Virus record (IMG/VR): IMGVR_UViG_3300048919_000048
Location: 1-64,000 of that record
Length of the DNA: 64,000 nucleotides
Direction: 5' to 3' (one strand)
Source of the DNA: a virus
Of this stretch, positions 35,066-44,969 are shown in pieces; position 1 is the first letter of the stretch, and each line of letters begins with the position of its first letter. The position numbers were made by a program, and so were the translations under genes. A model generated the notes under the pieces. It did not search any database. It was not told the origin of the DNA and saw only the letters and a list, made by a program, of their open reading frames with translations.

Positions 35066-35795
35066 AGAGCAAATCAAACCATATCCGAAAGAGCGCCCAA
35101 CGATCCGTTCCGAAATGACAGGTTCCGGCTGTGATCGTGTTATTCAGGAACATCCAGCATACGGTCGAATCACCCTGACGCATCCTTCAGGTGGTAATAC
35201 GGAGATGTTCGGTTCAGACATCGTCCATAACGAGCGCATAGCGCTCCGTATTGACCTCGCGTATGAAGAGACGGCGTATGGTATTCCTAACTACCGGAGC
35301 CAGCCACAGAGCCGTGGAGGCCGTGTGCTGGAACTGGAACTGACGGCGTACCAATGGGCGGGTCTGGTTGCATCCCACAGTGGTAATGGTGTACCATGCA
35401 CCTTGCGGTACATTACTCCGCACGGTAAGGGCAATCTTCCGCTTATTGATGGGCAGAACACCAGTACCGAGCAGGCCAATCGTGAGGTTGAGGCATCCCT
35501 CAAGGTCATGATGAAGCGACATGCGGAGGGCCTTGAAGTCCTTTCGGCACTGATTGCTAAGGGCAAGGCCAACAAGGGTGAGTTGCAGGCAGCGATGGAG
35601 AAGTTCCAGAACATCCATGCCAAGCTGCCAGAGGTTACTGCGTATGCACTCCACACCTTTACCGAGCACTCTGAGACGGTGATGGCCCGTGCCAATGCAG
35701 AGATCGAGGCGTCAATCAACAGCCTGATCCAGCGTACCGGGATGAAGGCCCTCGGCATGAAGCCGCTGGCACTGGAGGACAAATCTGATGAATAA
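35058..35795 (+). CDS. conserved phage hypothetical protein
   Basis: 245 aa; HPAYG, MFGSD, GVPCTL motifs, helical C-terminus. Confidence 0.8.
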   Translation: MTKEQIKPYPKERPTIRSEMTGSGCDRVIQEHPAYGRITLTHPSGGNTEMFGSDIVHNERIALRIDLAYEETAYGIPNYRSQPQSRGGRVLELELTAYQWAGLVASHSGNGVPCTLRYITPHGKGNLPLIDGQNTSTEQANREVEASLKVMMKRHAEGLEVLSALIAKGKANKGELQAAMEKFQNIHAKLPEVTAYALHTFTEHSETVMARANAEIEASINSLIQRTGMKALGMKPLALEDKSDE

Positions 35796-35991
35796 GTCAC
35801 AGATTGTCCAGAAAATGTTGCTGGAATTGCAGAGTTCCGGTATGAATATGGTGGTGGACACCGCCGCTGTTAAGGATTCGTTGGTAATCAGCGTGTCCGG
35901 CGACCAAGGGGCGTTGTTTTTCCGCACGGCGGAAGGCTCTGTCTTAGTATCGGCTGAGATTCAAGACGTTCGTTTTGAGGAGGTCGAATGA
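35788..35991 (+). CDS. hypothetical protein
   Basis: GGAGG RBS. Confidence 0.65.
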   Translation: MNKSQIVQKMLLELQSSGMNMVVDTAAVKDSLVISVSGDQGALFFRTAEGSVLVSAEIQDVRFEEVE

Positions 35992-36332
35992 CAGATTGGG
36001 CTACAGTAGAGGATCTGCTGACCCGGATCGATGCCAAGATCCACGGTATCAGTAACGACGAAGAGGACGTGGAGTTCGAGCTTCGTGAGGTTATGGATCT
36101 CCGTGGGGCGTTTGAGGGAGTTCGACATGAGCTTTATAACGTCCGTGTCTGCGGTATGCCGGGATTCACCCGTGGGGACTTTGTCCGCGATAAGTTCAAC
36201 GGTAAGTCTTTCTACGTGACAGATGCGGAAGTGTCTGAAGGCACAGACGGGTACGAGTGGTTCTATCGTAGCGGGTTCTATTTCATCCCGCAATCGGATC
36301 TGGAATTGGTAAAACCAAGGGGCGTTGTATGA
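35988..36332 (+). CDS. hypothetical protein
   Basis: GGAGG RBS; C-terminus resembles the 32681 product. Confidence 0.7.
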   Translation: MTDWATVEDLLTRIDAKIHGISNDEEDVEFELREVMDLRGAFEGVRHELYNVRVCGMPGFTRGDFVRDKFNGKSFYVTDAEVSEGTDGYEWFYRSGFYFIPQSDLELVKPRGVV

Positions 36333-36451
36333 CGGTGAAGTCTGTAAAGCAACAAAATTGCCAGCATAAGTTCATCACCACCGGGAGTGTCCACGCTTTT
36401 GTTCGTGAATGCACAAAATGCGGCTGGTACGAAGTCTGCGTGGGGTGATCG

Positions 36452-36667
36452 ATGTACGTTTATGCACACGATATAAAGTGTGGAGACACTTTCCGGTACG
36501 CATGTGACTGGGATATACTCGGAAAAGCTATCATGAGCCATCCTATTTTGGCAAGTGATGACGCAATTGTGATCGGGACTCAGGTAATGATCCCGTTCGG
36601 CGGTGATGAGGGTCGTACTTTCATGGCCTGTTTTGGTGACAAAGTGGAGAAAATTGATGTTGAATAA
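36452..36667 (+). CDS. hypothetical protein
   Basis: packed ORF. Confidence 0.6.
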   Translation: MYVYAHDIKCGDTFRYACDWDILGKAIMSHPILASDDAIVIGTQVMIPFGGDEGRTFMACFGDKVEKIDVE

Positions 36668-36971
36668 TAATGGCACCACCCTGATGTTTGCGATTGACGA
36701 TACTGCCGCCGGGCATAACGTTCCGTCAATGCCCCTGGGGACGACTGATGCGGGTGATACCATTCTGGCTAAGGCGGTGTTCGCCGACGAGCCAAGCGCC
36801 CAACTGATGGCTAATCACATGGACAAACAGCCGGGTGCTTTCCCGGGCCGCTTTGCGGTGGTTCCTGTAGAGATCTGGCGTCCAACCGACATCGAGATCT
36901 ATGTTCGTGAGCGCCTGCGTGAAGCGAAGAAAGAAGAAGGTCCTAAACTGGTTCTGCCGGGGAGCATCTAA
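36657..36971 (+). CDS. hypothetical protein
   Basis: GGAG RBS, ATG 36657. Confidence 0.7.
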   Translation: MLNNNGTTLMFAIDDTAAGHNVPSMPLGTTDAGDTILAKAVFADEPSAQLMANHMDKQPGAFPGRFAVVPVEIWRPTDIEIYVRERLREAKKEEGPKLVLPGSI

Positions 36972-37156
36972 TGCACAACATCGAGGTTACGAAAGAAGAC
37001 TTCGCTGCCCTGGTGAAGCAATTCACAGGTGCATCTGGCTGGCGACGTTCCAACGGCAAAGGCTCTTTCAACGCTAACCATCCAAGCGATGACAAGCGCC
37101 GTAAGCTGAAGTATGGTGACATTACCTTCATCGAGAAGGTTGACACCGAAGAGTAA
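36971..37156 (+). CDS. hypothetical protein
   Basis: TAATG coupling. Confidence 0.65.
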   Translation: MHNIEVTKEDFAALVKQFTGASGWRRSNGKGSFNANHPSDDKRRKLKYGDITFIEKVDTEE

Positions 37157-37199
37157 GTCATGTAATCTGCCCTCATTGGAAACAGAGAGGGCTTTTTAG

Positions 37200-37649
37200 A
37201 TGAAATTTACGATTGAAGATTTTGATGTGACAGTGCAATTTGGTCGTCCAGAGATTCAGTATCTCAAAGGTGAGGATGGTCAATATCGTGTGGTGCATTT
37301 CTATGCCCCGGAAGCACTGATCCATCCGGCGTTCAAGAAGGAGTTCGAGGAGTATGTAGTTAAGTGCATCAAGATGCACATGAACAAGGTAAACATGAGC
37401 AAGTATTTGCCTAATGGACAACCTGTTTCTCACTACATTCCGCCCAGAATCATCACTTCGGGGTATTCCGCTTATGAGTTCCGTAAGCAGATCGAGGCCC
37501 GTGTTGGTGATATCGAGGAGGCGAAGGAGGCCTGGGACTACAACAGAGCGCCAGCGGGAGCGGTGGCAACAGGGAGGTTTGGTGACCTGAAGGCATTCTT
37601 GGAGATGCGGACAGGTCGTGAACTGAACATGACTGGGGATGGGAAATGA
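37200..37649 (+). CDS. hypothetical protein
   Basis: 149 aa ORF. Confidence 0.7.
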   Translation: MKFTIEDFDVTVQFGRPEIQYLKGEDGQYRVVHFYAPEALIHPAFKKEFEEYVVKCIKMHMNKVNMSKYLPNGQPVSHYIPPRIITSGYSAYEFRKQIEARVGDIEEAKEAWDYNRAPAGAVATGRFGDLKAFLEMRTGRELNMTGDGK

Positions 37650-38023
37650 GCAGACGACCGGAGTACAAACCAACCGACTACCGATACCAAGAAGAGATCG
37701 ACAAAAGCTGGAACCCACAACTGAAATGGGGTGATGACTTCTGGGTCTTTAACCAAAAAACGGGGAATGTCTGGGGTCCGTACAAATTCAGCCACTACAC
37801 CTTCCTCGGGGCTGTGGGTTGGTGTGATGTTGGGTATAAGTCTTCCATCAAGGTACGCTACAGCAAAGGTGATATTGTGTGCGCCACCGAGGCTATTGCC
37901 ATTGGTCGCCAACTCATGGAGAAAGCCCGAGAGTGGTCCCGTACCACTTTGAGGGCAGAGGAATTGAAAAGGGAGGTTGAAGAACTGTCCCGTAAATTGA
38001 AGGAGGTTGAAGGTGGAGCATGA
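37646..38023 (+). CDS. hypothetical protein
   Basis: ATGA overlap. Confidence 0.7.
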   Translation: MSRRPEYKPTDYRYQEEIDKSWNPQLKWGDDFWVFNQKTGNVWGPYKFSHYTFLGAVGWCDVGYKSSIKVRYSKGDIVCATEAIAIGRQLMEKAREWSRTTLRAEELKREVEELSRKLKEVEGGA

Positions 38024-38189
38024 TGAATTCGAAGTCATTCAGACACTTGTGACCTTGGCAAGGTCTGGTGCCTACCGCAAGAAAGAGCCACTCTTCGAGA
38101 GGATGTATGAACTCTTTCCCGAACTTACCGAAAAACAACTCCACAAGGCCGTAGGCCGGGCCTTTGGAAACACTTATCTGGAGGGTTAA
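38007..38189 (+). CDS. hypothetical protein
   Basis: stop couples to next ATG; start uncertain. Confidence 0.5.
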   Translation: MKVEHDEFEVIQTLVTLARSGAYRKKEPLFERMYELFPELTEKQLHKAVGRAFGNTYLEG

Positions 38190-38437
38190 TGGACGAATTA
38201 GAGAATTTCAATGAGGTGGCGGACCGGGTGGAAAAAGAACTCCACGGAGATGTCAAGATCATCATTGACAAGAATTGGGATGACACTTGGCATGTTGAGG
38301 TCCAAGAACGTTCTGATGAAGAGGACGAAGAAGACTGGGCGTGTAACTGCATAGACGGCTGGTTCACCATAAACGAGAAGCGAGACTGCAAGTCCCCTGA
38401 CGAGGCGGCGCAGTGGTTGGAGGGTCAATACTTATGA
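38189..38437 (+). CDS. highly acidic small protein
   Basis: 82 aa, SDEEDEED tract. Confidence 0.7.
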   Translation: MDELENFNEVADRVEKELHGDVKIIIDKNWDDTWHVEVQERSDEEDEEDWACNCIDGWFTINEKRDCKSPDEAAQWLEGQYL

Positions 38438-38655
38438 GCGTATCATTAGAAAAGTATGCAGAGAAGGAGCGTTTCGACCGCGGCGCTCGTGATTACCTCG
38501 CTGTCGGGTATGTTGAAGAGGATCGTGACGCAGACTTCCCGTGGAAGGCTGTCCGGACCGGGGGCCATGAAAGCTGGCACTCTTCCTATGCTGAAGCCTG
38601 GCAAGAGGTGGCGAAGGGCTTGGTTCCTCCGTCTACAGTCTACACTTTACCGTGA
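38434..38655 (+). CDS. hypothetical protein
   Basis: ATGA overlap, GGAGG RBS. Confidence 0.65.
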   Translation: MSVSLEKYAEKERFDRGARDYLAVGYVEEDRDADFPWKAVRTGGHESWHSSYAEAWQEVAKGLVPPSTVYTLP

Positions 38656-38662
38656 GGTGACC

Positions 38663-38878
38663 ATGTTTATTTACCTGAACCAACTGAACGGGGATGCCCC
38701 GATCTGTATTGATGTGAACAACGTGTCCCACTTCCACCCGGAGACCATTCAACTGGAATCTGGGCAGGAGATGCATGGGACACTTGTTAATCTATACCGT
38801 GGGGAGCCGTGGATCGTGAGGCAATCCTGCTACAACGTTCATGTGATGTGCCAAAAAGCGAAGCGGGGTGAACTTTAA
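38663..38878 (+). CDS. hypothetical protein
   Basis: GAGG RBS, ATG 38663. Confidence 0.65.
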   Translation: MFIYLNQLNGDAPICIDVNNVSHFHPETIQLESGQEMHGTLVNLYRGEPWIVRQSCYNVHVMCQKAKRGEL

Positions 38879-39422
38879 TATGCCTTGTGGTAAAATACGG
38901 TACAAGGTTGGTGACCTGATCACTGCGGCACAGACCGGGGAGGTGAATGTCATCGCTCACGGCTGTAACTGCATGAACACCATGAAGTCGGGTATTGCCC
39001 CAAAAATTGCGTCGGCTTTCCCTGAAGCCTTTGCGGCGGACCAGATGACTACCCGTGGATCTCGGGACAAGTTGGGGACTTTATCCTCGGCCTTCTCTAA
39101 AAACGGCCTGTTGGTTTATAATCTGTACAGTCAGTACACCTTCACTGGTCGTAAAGAAGGCAAGATGGACCTTGATTATTGGGCGCTGCGTTCAGCTTTG
39201 ATGGGGATGGCTGTATCTCTCCATGCAAAATGCCGTATCTTGGACATATCTACTCACGACGTGAAGATCGGGCTACCAAAAATTGGGGCTGGACTTGCCG
39301 GGGGTGATTGGAATATTATCTACCGAATGATCGAAGGTTGCCTGCAAGACTTCGACGTGACCATCTACGTTCTAAAGGAGAGTGAAATTGTCAATCACCA
39401 AGATGGCGGAGTTTGCCCGTAA
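38868..39422 (+). CDS. macrodomain ADP-ribose hydrolase (Appr-1-p processing family)
   Basis: GDL, IAHGCNC, MKSGIA, NLYSQ, PKIGAGLAGGDW. Confidence 0.9.
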   Translation: MNFNMPCGKIRYKVGDLITAAQTGEVNVIAHGCNCMNTMKSGIAPKIASAFPEAFAADQMTTRGSRDKLGTLSSAFSKNGLLVYNLYSQYTFTGRKEGKMDLDYWALRSALMGMAVSLHAKCRILDISTHDVKIGLPKIGAGLAGGDWNIIYRMIEGCLQDFDVTIYVLKESEIVNHQDGGVCP

Positions 39423-39783
39423 GTACGGGAAGAAGTACGGCGGGAATCTGTGCCTGGAAGGATGTAAATCTGGGAATCAGGTTCTTAGCCACGAAAAACT
39501 CCCGGACCTTCAGGTCCCGGAGAAGATTGTCACATTGACAGGCTATATCGAGTTCAATGAGGCAAAGCGCCGGAAGACAGGTAAGGAAGGTGCTCAGGTC
39601 CGGACCGGGTACGTAACGGGCCTTGCTGTCCATTCCGGACAGTTGTACGCCATCACTGTGGATTCTGTGTACCGTATTTACGGGCCATGGTATCCCGATG
39701 TGATTAAGAACGATCCTTTCCTCAATTCCCTCTGGGAAGATGTTAAGAAAGGTGTCCTCGCTCAAGCTTCCAAAAAGGCTTGA
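39382..39783 (+). CDS. hypothetical protein
   Basis: 133 aa ORF; start uncertain. Confidence 0.65.
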   Translation: MKLSITKMAEFARKYGKKYGGNLCLEGCKSGNQVLSHEKLPDLQVPEKIVTLTGYIEFNEAKRRKTGKEGAQVRTGYVTGLAVHSGQLYAITVDSVYRIYGPWYPDVIKNDPFLNSLWEDVKKGVLAQASKKA

Positions 39784-39832
39784 CTTCCAAAGGCTCAGTG
39801 TTAAACTGGGCCTTTATTATTTAGGAGTTTGC

Positions 39833-40363
39833 ATGAAGAAGAGCATCGCTGCACTATTCGCAGCCAGCGCTTTATCTTTCGCCCCTGCAACAGCTTTGGC
39901 AAAAGATAACGCACCGAAGAAAAAGCTCGCCCCGGTAGTTCACACTTGCAAGAAGAATGATTCTTCTGTGGATGCGTTGGCCTGTAATATTTATTTCGAG
40001 GCCCGTGGGGAAAATATTAATGGACAGATGGCAGTTGGTTTTGTTACTCTTAACAGGTTGAAGCACGACGGATACCCGGAGTCAGTTAGGAAAGTGGTGT
40101 ACCAATCATCACAGTTCTCTTGGACAATGATGCGTAGCGGGTACGCCGTCCGTGATAAAGATTCTTGGATGGTTGCACAGGATATTGCGAAATTCCTTTA
40201 CAAGATCCGGAACAATGATGTATTGTATAACAAGCTTGACCCAACTCATGGTGCGACCCACTTCCACACGAAGAAAGTCAAACCTTATTGGAGAAAGTTC
40301 TTTACGAGAACAGCCACTATCGGCTACCATGTATTTTACAAACCCAAGGAGATCACCACATGA
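39833..40363 (+). CDS. SleB-like cell wall hydrolase (Hydrolase_2)
   Basis: signal peptide; NIYFEARGE, VTLNR, QFSW, GATHFH, IGYHVFY. Confidence 0.92.
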   Translation: MKKSIAALFAASALSFAPATALAKDNAPKKKLAPVVHTCKKNDSSVDALACNIYFEARGENINGQMAVGFVTLNRLKHDGYPESVRKVVYQSSQFSWTMMRSGYAVRDKDSWMVAQDIAKFLYKIRNNDVLYNKLDPTHGATHFHTKKVKPYWRKFFTRTATIGYHVFYKPKEITT

Positions 40364-40548
40364 GAAACTTATGTATCTGGGCCATCACACTTTTGGCTGT
40401 CTGGATGTACCCGGCACGTTGGGGTGCTAACTACTTCTTCCCTGAAGTTATTGCACAGTTTGGGAGTCAGGTCCCTTGGATAATGGCTTGGGGCGCGGTA
40501 ATGATGTTCTTGTCTCTGGTTATTATGGCATTCATCAGTCACGATTAA
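40360..40548 (+). CDS. small membrane protein
   Basis: two TM segments; AGGAG RBS. Confidence 0.6.
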   Translation: MRNLCIWAITLLAVWMYPARWGANYFFPEVIAQFGSQVPWIMAWGAVMMFLSLVIMAFISHD

Positions 40549-40557
40549 GGGGGTTTT

Positions 40558-40743
40558 ATGGAAGAGAAGACTGTTTTTCTGGTATCGTCCAACGCCGGAT
40601 ATGGCGTAAGCATTCGTGCTAAAGTTGAAGATCCGCAGGCGGCGACGTTGAAAGCGTCCCGTCTCCAAAAGAAAGGCCACACGAATATTGAAATTAGTGA
40701 GGCCCGTATTATCAGCACCACCAAATTTGAGGGTGAAGAGTGA
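40558..40743 (+). CDS. hypothetical protein
   Basis: packed ORF. Confidence 0.6.
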   Translation: MEEKTVFLVSSNAGYGVSIRAKVEDPQAATLKASRLQKKGHTNIEISEARIISTTKFEGEE

Positions 40744-40931
40744 AACAGGTATATCTGACATCTGATTTCAGCGACCGGGATGACCACCCTAAAAAGGGCG
40801 ACATTTTCAAGGTCCTTGATACGGAATATGATGATCACGGATTCGATTACTGTTATCATTGTGAAAGTTTAGGTGACGGGAAACAATACACCCTGTATCC
40901 CGACGAAGTTGAGGAGTTTATTTGTGGCTAA
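40740..40931 (+). CDS. hypothetical protein
   Basis: GTGA overlap. Confidence 0.6.
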   Translation: MKQVYLTSDFSDRDDHPKKGDIFKVLDTEYDDHGFDYCYHCESLGDGKQYTLYPDEVEEFICG

Positions 40932-42285
40932 GACAGTAATTGGTAATGACGATGCGATGAAAGCTATCATGAATGGCGACAACGTGTTCGTCACTGGCCC
41001 GGGCGGCTCAGGAAAGAGTCTGATGATCGCCTCCCTGCGCGAGTTCTTCGCAGACAGCTTCCTGTTCGTTGCTCCGACGGGTATTGCTGCCCTGAACATC
41101 TCCGGGATCACTGCCCACAAGGCTTTCGGCCTGACCTTCGGCGTGACCACGGACGAAGACTACAAGGCAAAATCGAAGAAGCCTGCTATGCTGATGGCCT
41201 CTGATGCCTTGGATGCGATCGTCTTCGATGAGATCTCAATGATTCGTAGCGACAAGCTGCGAGAGATTGACATGAAGCTTCGCTATCACCGTAAGGTAAA
41301 CAAACCTTTTGGTGGTCTCCAAGTGATCGCCTTTGGCGATGGTTTCCAGATCAAGCCTGTACTGAAGCGAGATGAAACGGCACTGTTCCGTGATATGTAC
41401 GGAAGTGAAATCCCGTTCGGCTCCGAGGTATGGAAAGAACTGAACTTCACCAACGCATACCTGCCGAAGGTACACCGACAGGCGGACCCGGTATTTGCTG
41501 GTCACCTGAATAACATCCGTGTTGGCAACAATATCCCGGCGGCTGTTGATTATTTCAACCAACATTGTTTTGGTCCGGCGCTGCCGGGTGCGGTCACCCT
41601 GACCACCACAAACAAGCTGGCAGAAGAGATCAACCAGCGCGAGTTCGAAAAGATCAAGGCAGAGCCTCATGTGTTTGAAGCCAAGATCAGCGGTGAGTTC
41701 CCGGAGCGCCCGGTCAATGAGGTCCTGAACCTCAAAGAGGGTCTGAAAGTGATGATCGTTGTTAACGACAACGATAAGCAGAAGAAGACTCCGGACTACG
41801 TTAATGGAACGGTGGGGATCATCAAGCGTATTGCCAAGACCTTCGTGATTGTGGACATCGACGGCAAGCCGATCCATATCGGCAAGTACGAGTGGACGAA
41901 CGTGACCCAAGTCCCGGAGGAAAAGCTGGTTCAGGTAGAGAAAGAGATTGATCTTCCTGACGGGACCAAACAGGTTACCAAGGTGATGGAGAAGCAAACC
42001 GTTCTGGTTGATAAAGAGATCGGAAAGTATTTGCAGTTCCCATTCAAACTGGGTTATGCTATCACCGGACACAAAGCTCAGGGTCTTACCCTTGGCAAAG
42101 TGAACATCGACCTTGGCTTTGGCACCTTTACCGCCGGGCAGGCGTATGTGATGTTGTCCCGAGCAACCAGCACGGAAGGTCTTCGACTGATGAAGCGCCT
42201 GCGTGTGAAGGACATTATTGTTGATCAAGAGGTCCGCCGTTTCTACGACGAGACCTTCCCTGAAATTTTCGGAGGAGAAGCATGA
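40924..42285 (+). CDS. Pif1/RecD-like SF1B DNA helicase
   Basis: GPGGSGKS, APTGIAA, DEISM, KPFGG, GDGFQ, HKAQG, GQAYVMLSR; GTG 40924 after GAGGAG. Confidence 0.93.
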   Translation: MAKTVIGNDDAMKAIMNGDNVFVTGPGGSGKSLMIASLREFFADSFLFVAPTGIAALNISGITAHKAFGLTFGVTTDEDYKAKSKKPAMLMASDALDAIVFDEISMIRSDKLREIDMKLRYHRKVNKPFGGLQVIAFGDGFQIKPVLKRDETALFRDMYGSEIPFGSEVWKELNFTNAYLPKVHRQADPVFAGHLNNIRVGNNIPAAVDYFNQHCFGPALPGAVTLTTTNKLAEEINQREFEKIKAEPHVFEAKISGEFPERPVNEVLNLKEGLKVMIVVNDNDKQKKTPDYVNGTVGIIKRIAKTFVIVDIDGKPIHIGKYEWTNVTQVPEEKLVQVEKEIDLPDGTKQVTKVMEKQTVLVDKEIGKYLQFPFKLGYAITGHKAQGLTLGKVNIDLGFGTFTAGQAYVMLSRATSTEGLRLMKRLRVKDIIVDQEVRRFYDETFPEIFGGEA

Positions 42286-42506
42286 GAAAGAACCCATTCA
42301 AACTGAACCAGAACGTCCGATTCGCACCGAAGTCGGACACGTGGGAAGAAGATTACACCTCGGCAGGTGTCCGCCCCGGTGACATCGGGGTAGTTGTCGG
42401 CGTGGATTTCGACGACGATGTTGTCGTAAACTTCCTGCGTCAGGACGGGTCTATCTGCGAGCATTTCTTCGCATTTATTGAAGACGTGGAGGCAGTTGAT
42501 GAGTAA
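42282..42506 (+). CDS. small SH3-like hypothetical protein
   Basis: GGAGG RBS; GDIGVVV. Confidence 0.65.
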   Translation: MRKNPFKLNQNVRFAPKSDTWEEDYTSAGVRPGDIGVVVGVDFDDDVVVNFLRQDGSICEHFFAFIEDVEAVDE

Positions 42507-42720
42507 ATACGAAACGGGTATGCGTGTTCGTATCGACGAGGGGTTGACAGGGGAGGACGATTTTCCATACACTGGTGTTGGTCGTCTTGTTTCCAAGGGC
42601 TATGAGACTTGGAAAGTTTCTCTCGAATGGCTTATTGATCCCACAGGGCAGAAAATTGGCGGGCCGGGGGATACCTACACCATCTATGAGAGCGAAATCG
42701 CAGAGGTGCTGAATGATTAA
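42499..42720 (+). CDS. hypothetical protein
   Basis: GGAGG RBS, ATG 42499. Confidence 0.65.
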   Translation: MSKYETGMRVRIDEGLTGEDDFPYTGVGRLVSKGYETWKVSLEWLIDPTGQKIGGPGDTYTIYESEIAEVLND

Positions 42721-43126
42721 GGACTGCTTCGGCGTCCAGGCGATTGTGGGGGACCACATCGCCTTTTCAAGGGGCAATGCAGGAGCCAAGCCCTTTGAAG
42801 AAGCCGTTATTACCAAAATCACTGCAAAGTCCATCTATTTCAGTGGGAAAACTGGCTCCATGTACCGCTCGGCGTCGGATGAACTCCGCAGGGGAGAGGG
42901 TTGTTTCGTAATAGACACGACTAAACGAGACCCCGGTAAAGAGGGCCGGGCCAACGCTTGGGCGTCGTTTGACAAGCACGTCCGGAAGATTGACGGCCCG
43001 GCGGCAGAACTCCGCAGGGAAGTCTCCGCAGAGCTTCATTTTAATGGGTGTGCATCTGCGTGGGTTCACCATGCCCACTTTGTTGATGCCTTGGTGGAAA
43101 AATATGAGGAGTCTCTCAATGACTAA
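42713..43126 (+). CDS. hypothetical protein
   Basis: 137 aa; DCFG...VGDHIAF. Confidence 0.7.
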   Translation: MIKDCFGVQAIVGDHIAFSRGNAGAKPFEEAVITKITAKSIYFSGKTGSMYRSASDELRRGEGCFVIDTTKRDPGKEGRANAWASFDKHVRKIDGPAAELRREVSAELHFNGCASAWVHHAHFVDALVEKYEESLND

Positions 43127-43283
43127 AGACCTTGGCAACCTGTCCATGAGCCACTTGCTGGCCCTGCGCGATCTGGGCCGTGATGATCTTCGCCGTGTGG
43201 AGAAGAACAAGGCAGAACTGGAAGGAATGTTGGCGGCAATTAAGCTGGAGATCGAAGCCCGTGGAAACCGAGCAGCAGAGTAG
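43119..43283 (+). CDS. small coiled-coil protein
   Basis: GAGGAG RBS, ATG 43119. Confidence 0.6.
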   Translation: MTKDLGNLSMSHLLALRDLGRDDLRRVEKNKAELEGMLAAIKLEIEARGNRAAE

Positions 43284-43290
43284 GGTCAGA

Positions 43291-43557
43291 ATGACCGCAG
43301 AACGCCACTGGGAGCGTTTTGACGAGGCATGTCATGGAAACGCCCAGCAAATGGCAGAAATCGCTGAGAGCGCGATTGAGGAGCTTTTACAGCGGGAGCA
43401 TGAAACTCCTCGACTGAAGCCTCATTTGTTCAACCAAATGATCATCGACATCATGTTTGCGATGAATAAGTACGGAGCCACGCAACAGATGCGTACTCAC
43501 CTCGTGCAGATCATCTCCAAATATATTGCCCCTGATCATCCGCACACGAGGCCATGA
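43291..43557 (+). CDS. hypothetical protein
   Basis: within ORF 43180-43557; start uncertain. Confidence 0.6.
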   Translation: MTAERHWERFDEACHGNAQQMAEIAESAIEELLQREHETPRLKPHLFNQMIIDIMFAMNKYGATQQMRTHLVQIISKYIAPDHPHTRP

Positions 43558-43928
43558 TGAAAAAGAAAACTGTTGATTTAAAGGCGCTGACCACAGAAGA
43601 GCTAAAGGCTATCCTGTTCAACAATGCCGGGGGTTGGTACAACACCCCCTACGACTTCTTCCAAGTGAAGGCAGAGTATGATAGTCGTTTCCCAAAGGTA
43701 GAGTTCGAAATAGTCGGACCTTGTCAGAAAGTAATCGACAAATATTTCAACCCCGGGTTGTACGAAGGTCCGGCACATCTGTTTAGGGTGGAAGGAAACC
43801 GGATAACCCATGTTGACGTTAACGAGTTCATGTGGGCCGTTGGGATGTCTGATTACTTCCAGAGCGAGGGTTATGTCCCTGTTACAGAGGGGTCGATGCT
43901 CTTGAGAGGGGTTTCAGATGGAACGTGA
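43554..43928 (+). CDS. hypothetical protein
   Basis: ATGA overlap. Confidence 0.7.
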   Translation: MMKKKTVDLKALTTEELKAILFNNAGGWYNTPYDFFQVKAEYDSRFPKVEFEIVGPCQKVIDKYFNPGLYEGPAHLFRVEGNRITHVDVNEFMWAVGMSDYFQSEGYVPVTEGSMLLRGVSDGT

Positions 43929-44115
43929 TTCTTACTGCAAGGTGAAAAAGACCCAAGGGGACTTCGACAGGGCCTGCGACCTCGGGTATGGTATCAACCT
44001 GTACGATTGCACGAAGGATGAGATGAGGCTTATTCTGCCAGTCTCTCCGGCGTACATGAAGTTACTGGTTGAGCGTGATAATTTCACTATTTTGACGGAG
44101 CCTGAGTACAGATGA
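43918..44115 (+). CDS. hypothetical protein
   Basis: GAGG RBS. Confidence 0.6.
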   Translation: MERDSYCKVKKTQGDFDRACDLGYGINLYDCTKDEMRLILPVSPAYMKLLVERDNFTILTEPEYR

Positions 44116-44287
44116 TTATGCTGATCCCCTTGGGAATTTTCTTGATGGCCTTGTTCATCTTGGCGGTTGGTTTGCCGTACCTCAAGATGATCACGGCTAA
44201 AAACATCGGCGGGTGCCGGGTATACTGTATCCGGGTTGGGTATTCACACATCGTCACTGGCGATGGTCGTTACTGGGAGCACATCTG

Positions 44288-44479
44288 GTGAAACCTGTCT
44301 TTGCTTATGAGATCAACGACGTTGTTCTCTTTGACCAGGGCAATCAGCGCTGGGATTATCGAGGGGAAGGAAAGATCCTTCTCCAGCAGGAGTATATCAC
44401 CTGCAATGCTTATCTGGTCGAAATGCCGGATGGAGTCAAAACACAGGTCAGAGAAGACCAAATTTCCGGCAAGAAGTAA
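44288..44479 (+). CDS. small SH3-like hypothetical protein
   Basis: GTG 44288 after GGAG. Confidence 0.55.
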   Translation: MKPVFAYEINDVVLFDQGNQRWDYRGEGKILLQQEYITCNAYLVEMPDGVKTQVREDQISGKK

Positions 44480-44514
44480 CAGATCAGTTAAGAAATCATC
44501 AATAAGGAGTTATC

Positions 44515-44790
44515 ATGCGTAGCACAACTGTAGAGTTCCCATATTTTCACAAGGCGTTCGGTAAAGAAGTAGTAGTCGAGGCTGAAGTGATGCTGTATAA
44601 GGGCATTCCAAACGCCGAGAGCGACTGGGATGCAGAGGATTACCTCGAAATCATCTCCGTTGCTGTATATCACGAAGGTGATGTGCTCGACATTGACATT
44701 CCCCGCAAAGTGATCTACTCTGAGATCTCGGCTCAGATCCGTGATGCCGAAATGCAGCAAGCGTTCTTGGAAGAAGATGGGGGTTTTTGA
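44515..44790 (+). CDS. acidic hypothetical protein
   Basis: AGGAG RBS. Confidence 0.7.
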   Translation: MRSTTVEFPYFHKAFGKEVVVEAEVMLYKGIPNAESDWDAEDYLEIISVAVYHEGDVLDIDIPRKVIYSEISAQIRDAEMQQAFLEEDGGF

Positions 44791-44969
44791 TGGATGTTAA
44801 ACTGTTGGTGTATACTCACCCTGGCGAGTTAGAGCGTCAGATCCGAAAGTGGACCCGTGAGTATGGTTACACCTTACAAGGTTCTGTCTCTATCGGGACA
44901 AATCCTAATGGCAGTACGGTTTATGTTGCCACAATGGTCGAATCTCCTAAGAAAGGAGGTAAGAAGTGA
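44787..44969 (+). CDS. hypothetical protein (DUF1737-like)
   Basis: GYTLQGSVSI...YVATMV pattern. Confidence 0.55.
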   Translation: MMDVKLLVYTHPGELERQIRKWTREYGYTLQGSVSIGTNPNGSTVYVATMVESPKKGGKK

